Part shown: positions 58,293 to 64,000 of the stretch, in pieces
Layout of the letters: each line of letters opens with the position of its first letter
Position numbering within the stretch: the stretch's first letter is position 1
Assembly: GCA_019058275.1 (NCBI GenBank)
Contig: JAHLVW010000066.1
Location: 230,781-294,780 of the forward strand
From: Candidatus Heimdallarchaeota archaeon
GTDB taxonomy: Archaea > Asgardarchaeota > Heimdallarchaeia > JABLTI01
Direction: 5' to 3'
Length of the DNA stretch: 64,000 nucleotides
Translations under genes and position numbers: made by a program
The notes under the pieces: model-generated
Database searches by the model: none
Told to the model about the DNA's origin: nothing
What the model saw: the letters and a program-made list of their open reading frames with translations, nothing else

Positions 58293-59189
58293 ATGAAAAT
58301 CCAAGAAATCGGTAGTAGAGGAATTGTGTTTACGTTTGATGATTTATCAACGGAGAATTTTGAGTGTCCAACAAATGTTTATGTTATCAAAGGTGAGAAA
58401 TATGTCTATATTTGTGACACATTTTTAGGTCCAAAATCGATGGCAGGAGTAAAAGAGTATCTCGAGAAAAATCAGATTTCAAAACCAATAGTCTTATTCA
58501 ACTCTCATTATGATTATGATCATTATTGGGGAAATTGTGCCTTTAATTTTATAATGATAATAGGACACAAATTGTGCTATGATCACATAATAAAGAAAGG
58601 AGAAGAGGATAAAGAGACATACAAAAAATATCTTAGAGGAGAAGTAATAATTACCCCTCCAAATTTACTCTTTAGAAAAGAAATCAAATTTATTGAAGAT
58701 GATATAACTTTCTTTCATTCACCTGGTCATACAAAGGATTCCTCTTCAAGTTATGATAACAAGGATAAGATACTCTTTGTTGCAGATAATATAGAAGAAC
58801 CTATCCCTTATATACGATCAAATCTTGCCGGAGTGAAGAAATATGTAGCAACATTGGAGAGATATCTGAAAATGGATTTTGTAAAATTAATACCTGGTCA
58901 TGGCAAAATCTCTGATAAAAAATTACTACAATTAAATCTTGATTATTTGACTACTTTTCCAGACTTATCTGAACCTGTGGATGTGGAAAAGAATGGAAGG
59001 CAATACTATATGATTCATCTACAAAATCTTTCAACATTAGCAACAAAGACAGCAGAAGATAGAAACAACAAAGAAGCAATAGAATACAACCAGCAATTGA
59101 TAGAAATAGGAACAAAGTACAAATTACTTGACGAAGAAACTGTGAAAAGATTCGAAGAGAAAATTGCAATATTAAAAAAGAAAGACTAG
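58293..59189 (+). CDS. MBL-fold metallo-hydrolase
   Basis: CDT, SHYDYDHYWGN, SPGHT, VADN, IPGHG. Confidence 0.9.
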   Translation: MKIQEIGSRGIVFTFDDLSTENFECPTNVYVIKGEKYVYICDTFLGPKSMAGVKEYLEKNQISKPIVLFNSHYDYDHYWGNCAFNFIMIIGHKLCYDHIIKKGEEDKETYKKYLRGEVIITPPNLLFRKEIKFIEDDITFFHSPGHTKDSSSSYDNKDKILFVADNIEEPIPYIRSNLAGVKKYVATLERYLKMDFVKLIPGHGKISDKKLLQLNLDYLTTFPDLSEPVDVEKNGRQYYMIHLQNLSTLATKTAEDRNNKEAIEYNQQLIEIGTKYKLLDEETVKRFEEKIAILKKKD

Positions 59190-59689
59190 TCAACTGAAAA
59201 TCTATCATCAGATTGAGCAGTTGCTATATCACGATTTTCATACCAACCACTTTTCGCGTTAGGAAAGCAATCAAAATCAGCTACATATGGTTTAATATCT
59301 AACAAAGGTGTTTGATCAAGCATATCAACACCTTCTACAATCAATTTTAATTCTCCATCTTCTTCGTAAATTGTCTTCAATTTTATTATGAATATAGCTA
59401 TTGGATTTGGACGGTTTGTAGCTCTAACTGAGAAAATACCTAGATTTCTTGTACTCAAAAAGGGTTCAACAACTAGTTGTGGAGTTTTTGCTTTATGAAA
59501 ATGGTAAATAAGAATTAAATGTGAAAATTCATTCAGACCAACTGTTGCTTCTTTAAATTCTTCTTTTAGAACAACTATTCCTTCTGTCTTAGAGAATGAA
59601 GATTGTATAGGCATTCCCTTTGAACCTTTGAATGGTGTTCTAATAACTCCAATTGTTTTATAACAAATATTATTGTAAACATAATTCAT
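59186..59689 (-). CDS. tsaA: tRNA (N6-threonylcarbamoyladenosine37)-N6-methyltransferase TrmO/TsaA
   Basis: IGVIRTPF, FSHLILIYHFH, GIFSVRATNRPNPI, DMLDQTPLLDIKPY. Confidence 0.9.
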   Translation of the reverse strand: MNYVYNNICYKTIGVIRTPFKGSKGMPIQSSFSKTEGIVVLKEEFKEATVGLNEFSHLILIYHFHKAKTPQLVVEPFLSTRNLGIFSVRATNRPNPIAIFIIKLKTIYEEDGELKLIVEGVDMLDQTPLLDIKPYVADFDCFPNAKSGWYENRDIATAQSDDRFSVD

Positions 59690-59798
59690 AACAATATATC
59701 ATTTCATAGAAAGTATAAACTTAATGTTTCTAAAAAAGGAAAAGATAAACATATTTTCAAATAATCAAACGAATAATACATATCTAGGGAGTAATAGA

Positions 59799-60401
59799 AT
59801 GAAAAAAGAATCTCTAACTTTCATCTTGATTAGTTGTTTGATTCTAGGAACAACAGTTACAACACAAGTACTAATTATGAGGGAGTTAAGTCTAAAACAA
59901 GGATTATCATTTACAGATGAAGATGTTATTATAACTGTTAATGAAACGATTGCAAAGTTTTATGCTAGATATGCAATTAAAAACTATGAAAAAACTACAA
60001 ACTACTGGATTTCTTTGCCTTTTGCTCTGAAACCTTGGGATATCAATTTAACAATTAATGATGAAGCGTTAGATTATTCATGGACAGAATCCTATGTAGA
60101 ACCCGAACCTATACCTTTTGATGCAATAACTTTTCAAGTTGAAATAGCAGAAGGGGAGAAATTGGATATAGAAGTAAGTTATTATCGAAATTATGAATCA
60201 ATTTTCGAAAACAATACTCAATATGGTCTCTTTCGGTATATAGTAGGTTCAACCCGCAGTTGGGATCAACCATTAAATTTCGCTCATTTTGAGTTGTGGC
60301 AAGAAGCTGGTTCTATTAAAACTCTCATTGAAACAAGGGATTATACAAATTGGTATCCTAGTGAAACTTTTTTGTATTTCTATTTTGAATTGAATTTTTA
60401 G
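59799..60401 (+). CDS. Secreted or membrane-anchored hypothetical protein
   Basis: ATG 59799 with GGAG RBS, N-terminal TM, beta-rich domain, YIVGSTRSW motif. Confidence 0.65.
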   Translation: MKKESLTFILISCLILGTTVTTQVLIMRELSLKQGLSFTDEDVIITVNETIAKFYARYAIKNYEKTTNYWISLPFALKPWDINLTINDEALDYSWTESYVEPEPIPFDAITFQVEIAEGEKLDIEVSYYRNYESIFENNTQYGLFRYIVGSTRSWDQPLNFAHFELWQEAGSIKTLIETRDYTNWYPSETFLYFYFELNF

Positions 60402-60451
60402 TTGAAATCAAAAGCAAGAATTTTTTATAGGTAAATCAACAACATTCCTTT

Positions 60452-62179
60452 ATGAACCAACCGAGGTTTCCTTACGGTCGAGTCACATTAGTTAGTTTTG
60501 GCTATTTTACTAATAATATTACTTGGTCAGTGTATAATGTCTTTGTTCCAATTTTCCTAACCTCGAATTTCATTGCAATACTAGGTGAGAATTCAACAAT
60601 TATCAACACTCTTGTTGGTCTAGTGATGATACTTGATAATATTGCTGCTGTTCTTATTCAGCCATATATAGGTGCTTTATCAGATCGTACTTGGGTAAAA
60701 AAATTAGGGAGGCGAATGCCCTTTGTGATAATTGGCTTACCTCTTGCTGCATTTTTCTTTGGATTTATAGGTTCTTTTTGGTCTACTCTTTGGATTTTGT
60801 TAATAGCAATAACTGGTTTTAATATTTGTATGGCTTTCTACAAGTCTCCTGTAATGAGTTTGGTTCCTGATACACTTCCTAAAGAATACAGAAGCCAAGG
60901 TTCAGGCGTCCTCAATGTAGTAGGTGGAATTGCAAGTATAACTGGTTTAGTAATTGTCTCATCCTTGTTCAATGTTAACTTAAAGCTTGCTTTCTGGTTA
61001 TTATCAATAATTATGATCATTTGTTTAGCAATTTTAATTTTTAATATTAGAGAGGTCAAAGATATAGAAATTGAGGAACGGAAAGAGAAAGTAGGTGTTT
61101 TTTCATCTATTAGAACTTTGTTCAAAGAAAAAAATAAAGTTCTAATAATTCTATTATTCTCTATATTCTTCCATACAGCAGGTTATAACGTTGCTGAAAC
61201 GTATATTAGTAAATATGTTACTGAGATTTTAAATTTCAATTCAGAAATTGGTGGTTTTATTCTTGCAGCGTTTGTTGGTTTTTCGGTTTTAGCAGCTATT
61301 CCTGCTGGACTAGTTGGAAGACGAATAGGTGCTCTGAATGCCTGTCTTTTAGGGTTAAGTGGATTTATTCTTGCAGTCATTCCAATTACTATTATTAGTT
61401 TAACAAATACTGAGATTTTGAAAGAAGTTCTAACACTAAACACCTATACTGCACCGAAATTTGGATGGGAAACTTTCCTCTATTTACTTCTAGTACTGTT
61501 GCTGGGATTTAGTTGGTTAGTTCTATCAATCAATACAATTGTTGTTGTTTGGAATTTAGCACCAAAAGGGAAAACAGCTACATATACGAGTTATTTCTAT
61601 CTTTTCCATCATCTTGCAGCAATTTTTAGCCCATTTCTAGCTGGTGGTCTGTTTGATTTATTTGAATATACAGCTAGACGTTTGGGTTATGATATTCCTG
61701 GACTAAGAATCCTATTTCTTTATGTTAGTGTATGTTTTGTAATTGCTGTTGTCTTATTAACAATAGTTAGAATTGTAAGAACTAGACAATTGAAAGCTAT
61801 TGAGGATACAGATGAATATATCTTAAAAAGATTTGAAGAAAAAGAATATCCTTTGCTGTTTCTCCCAATGTTGTTATTTGGTATAGGTTTACGTCAAGAG
61901 AAAGCATTAATCGAGTTAAGAAATGAACAGAATCGTGAAAGACGAGAATTAAGGAAGGAAATTAGGCGTTTAAAGAGAGAACGTAGGAAATTAAAAGCTG
62001 ATGTCATTGTTGGGGATTATCCAGAAGCGGAACAAGATCATATTATGGCTATCAAAGAACAACAAGAACTAGGGAAAGGTCTTAGAAAAGAACATAGAGA
62101 GCAAAGACGTGAACTGAAAGAGGAGATTATTAAAGAAAAAATTAAAAAGAAATTAGAGAAGGATGAAGACGAAAACTAA
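60452..62179 (+). CDS. MFS (GPH/sugar-type) transporter with a long charged C-terminal coiled-coil tail
   Basis: QPYIGALSDRT..LGRRMPF, LVPD, 12 TM helices, E/K/R-rich tail of about 110 aa. Confidence 0.9.
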   Translation: MNQPRFPYGRVTLVSFGYFTNNITWSVYNVFVPIFLTSNFIAILGENSTIINTLVGLVMILDNIAAVLIQPYIGALSDRTWVKKLGRRMPFVIIGLPLAAFFFGFIGSFWSTLWILLIAITGFNICMAFYKSPVMSLVPDTLPKEYRSQGSGVLNVVGGIASITGLVIVSSLFNVNLKLAFWLLSIIMIICLAILIFNIREVKDIEIEERKEKVGVFSSIRTLFKEKNKVLIILLFSIFFHTAGYNVAETYISKYVTEILNFNSEIGGFILAAFVGFSVLAAIPAGLVGRRIGALNACLLGLSGFILAVIPITIISLTNTEILKEVLTLNTYTAPKFGWETFLYLLLVLLLGFSWLVLSINTIVVVWNLAPKGKTATYTSYFYLFHHLAAIFSPFLAGGLFDLFEYTARRLGYDIPGLRILFLYVSVCFVIAVVLLTIVRIVRTRQLKAIEDTDEYILKRFEEKEYPLLFLPMLLFGIGLRQEKALIELRNEQNRERRELRKEIRRLKRERRKLKADVIVGDYPEAEQDHIMAIKEQQELGKGLRKEHREQRRELKEEIIKEKIKKKLEKDEDEN

Positions 62180-62199
62180 AGTTAGATAAAATAAAAAAC

Positions 62200-62991
62200 T
62201 CAATCCTCTTTTTTTCCAATACAAAATAGTATTGATGCATTAGCACTACCTTGATTTTTTATTCTTTGCTTTATAGTTTCAGCTCTCTGTCTGTATTCGG
62301 AATAATCTTTGTGTTCTTTTATTGGTTCTAAGGTTTTATCAATATCTTCTAATGCAAAATTTATTAGCTCTGAATTTTTTGGATCTTCACAGTTATACTT
62401 TTCTTCACATGTAAGACATTTAACATATCTAGTTGATTCAAGAATTTCCAAATCTTTAAGTCCCATTTGAGAAACTATGTTCAATATTTCATTCTTTGAA
62501 TATACTTTTCGATGATAAATTCCTAACATACTATCAATTTCAGCTCCTAATATATGAGATGCTGTATCACATTTCTGAGGTTCTGTTTGATTACCATCAC
62601 AAAACATCTCTTGTATTATAAAGTAACCATTACTTTTGAGGACACGTTTCATTTCAGATAAGGTTTTATTCTTATATTGCATATGGTGTAAAGAATTTGC
62701 TATACTAACTAAATCAAATGTTTCATCAGTATATCTGAGTTTTTCTCCTTTCATCTTTTTTATTGAAATAGTTTTGTCCTTTATTCTTAATCTTGCTTTT
62801 TTAATTTCATTTTCATCAGTGTCAATGCCAATTACTGATTCATAATTTTTCAGAAAATCAATTAGAGTTAAAATAAAATCTCCATCTCCTGTAGCAATAT
62901 CTAAAATCTTACCACCAGATATAGTTTTCAATTTTTCAGCTATTTCAATTGCACCAGAACTTGCTAATTTTGGCGGAATATTTTCCATCAA
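62200..62991 (-). CDS. Class I SAM-dependent methyltransferase
   Basis: ILDIATGDG, IGID, FDLV, SLHH, RVLKSNG. Confidence 0.88.
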   Translation of the reverse strand: MMENIPPKLASSGAIEIAEKLKTISGGKILDIATGDGDFILTLIDFLKNYESVIGIDTDENEIKKARLRIKDKTISIKKMKGEKLRYTDETFDLVSIANSLHHMQYKNKTLSEMKRVLKSNGYFIIQEMFCDGNQTEPQKCDTASHILGAEIDSMLGIYHRKVYSKNEILNIVSQMGLKDLEILESTRYVKCLTCEEKYNCEDPKNSELINFALEDIDKTLEPIKEHKDYSEYRQRAETIKQRIKNQGSANASILFCIGKKED

Positions 62992-63151
62992 TAATTCACC
63001 AAAAATGTTATAGTGTTTTTCTATTTATTTAACTTAATACCACACTTGATAAAATAATGAGATAATTTTATAACATTTTTATACTTAATCAATTAATGAA
63101 ACATAGAGTGATTTTTATTATCAATTATTGTTTAGGTGCTGAGAAAATACT

Positions 63152-64000
63152 TTGGAAGAAGAATATGCTATTGTAATTAAGAATTTAGTGAAGAAATATG
63201 ATAATATAATTGCGGTTAATGATATATCCTTTGAAATAAAAAAAGGAGAGATTTTTGCTTTTCTTGGACCGAATGGTGCTGGTAAAACTACTGCTGTTGA
63301 GATCCTTGAAGGAATTAGGAAAAAGACTAGTGGCGAAGCTTTTGTTCTCGGTATGAATATTGACAACAGACGCGAGCTTGAAAGTATCAAAAAAGTCATT
63401 GGGACATTACCTCAAGAATTCAGCACACATGAGAATTTAACAGTTAAAGAGAATCTTCGTTTTTGGAGTCGAATGTATGCTAAATCTTTACCTGTTGATG
63501 ATTTGATTGCACTAGTTAAATTGGAAGAAAAAGCTAAAGCTAGGTACAAAAATCTATCTGGTGATTTAAAGAGAAGGTTGGGTATAGCAATCTCATTGGT
63601 TAATGATCCTGAGCTTGTTTTCTTAGACGAACCAACTACTGGATTAGATCCTCGAGCGAGAAGAGAAACTTGGGTGGTAATTGAAAATTTACAGAAGCAA
63701 GGTAAAACGATTTTTCTAACGACACATTATATGGAAGAAGCTCAAGTTTTAGCTGATACAGTAGCGATTATTCACAAAGGTAAGATTATGGATATAGGTA
63801 CTCCAACACAATTGATAGATAAACATGGTGGGGAGAATAAGATAGTTGTTCGATGTAATGATCAAGAGACTCGAGATAAAATCCATGAATTATTATTTAT
63901 CTATGGGCCCTTGGAAAACGAAGATGGTGATATTGTCATTTCTGCAAAGAAGGGCGCTTTATCAAAAGTTGTTGATCTACTGGATGAAAATGATGTTGCA
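63152..64000 (+). CDS. ABC transporter ATP-binding protein (partial, runs off the window end)
   Basis: Manual translation from TTG 63152: GPNGAGKTT, LPQ, LSGDLKRR (signature variant), FLDEPTTGLDP, TTH. Not in the ORF track. Confidence 0.9.
   Translation, partial: MEEEYAIVIKNLVKKYDNIIAVNDISFEIKKGEIFAFLGPNGAGKTTAVEILEGIRKKTSGEAFVLGMNIDNRRELESIKKVIGTLPQEFSTHENLTVKENLRFWSRMYAKSLPVDDLIALVKLEEKAKARYKNLSGDLKRRLGIAISLVNDPELVFLDEPTTGLDPRARRETWVVIENLQKQGKTIFLTTHYMEEAQVLADTVAIIHKGKIMDIGTPTQLIDKHGGENKIVVRCNDQETRDKIHELLFIYGPLENEDGDIVISAKKGALSKVVDLLDENDVA

Noticed and set aside
63121-63399. 92-aa minus-strand ORF
   Set aside because: Antisense shadow of the partial ABC ATPase starting at 63152.

Overview
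AT-rich, gene-dense prokaryotic chromosomal window of about 55 CDSs. I found no rRNA, tRNA, CRISPR array or transposase. Frequent TTG/GTG starts with GGAG/GGTG-type ribosome-binding sites, membrane-anchored LVIVD/TSP3-repeat surface proteins, a permuted family-5 solute-binding protein and an Fae domain suggest an archaeon, probably Asgard (Heimdallarchaeia-like). That placement is inference only, with no marker gene in the window. Most genes are housekeeping or peptide-catabolic (clostripain, S9 peptidase, TldD/PmbA, IlvE, SpeA, ABC exporters, methyltransferases, AKRs). The best candidate for an undescribed system is a compact operon at 45.3-50.0 kb. It has a tandem palindromic operator, a double-AbrB regulator, a TM-dCache-TM-HAMP-TPR-vWA receptor with no kinase or cyclase output, and a second dCache-HAMP co-receptor with no output domain, followed by speA. 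The second candidate is a DapA-family aldolase fused to formaldehyde-activating enzyme (Fae), directly downstream of an uncharacterised 429-aa gene. Also notable are a 105-bp GC-rich nested-hairpin element between two divergent 5'-truncated genes, a deletion junction fusing a solute-binding protein gene to an LLM gene, and many frameshift, nonsense and G>A/C>T lesions (real decay or sequencing error). Several real ORFs missing from the ORF track were recovered by manual translation.
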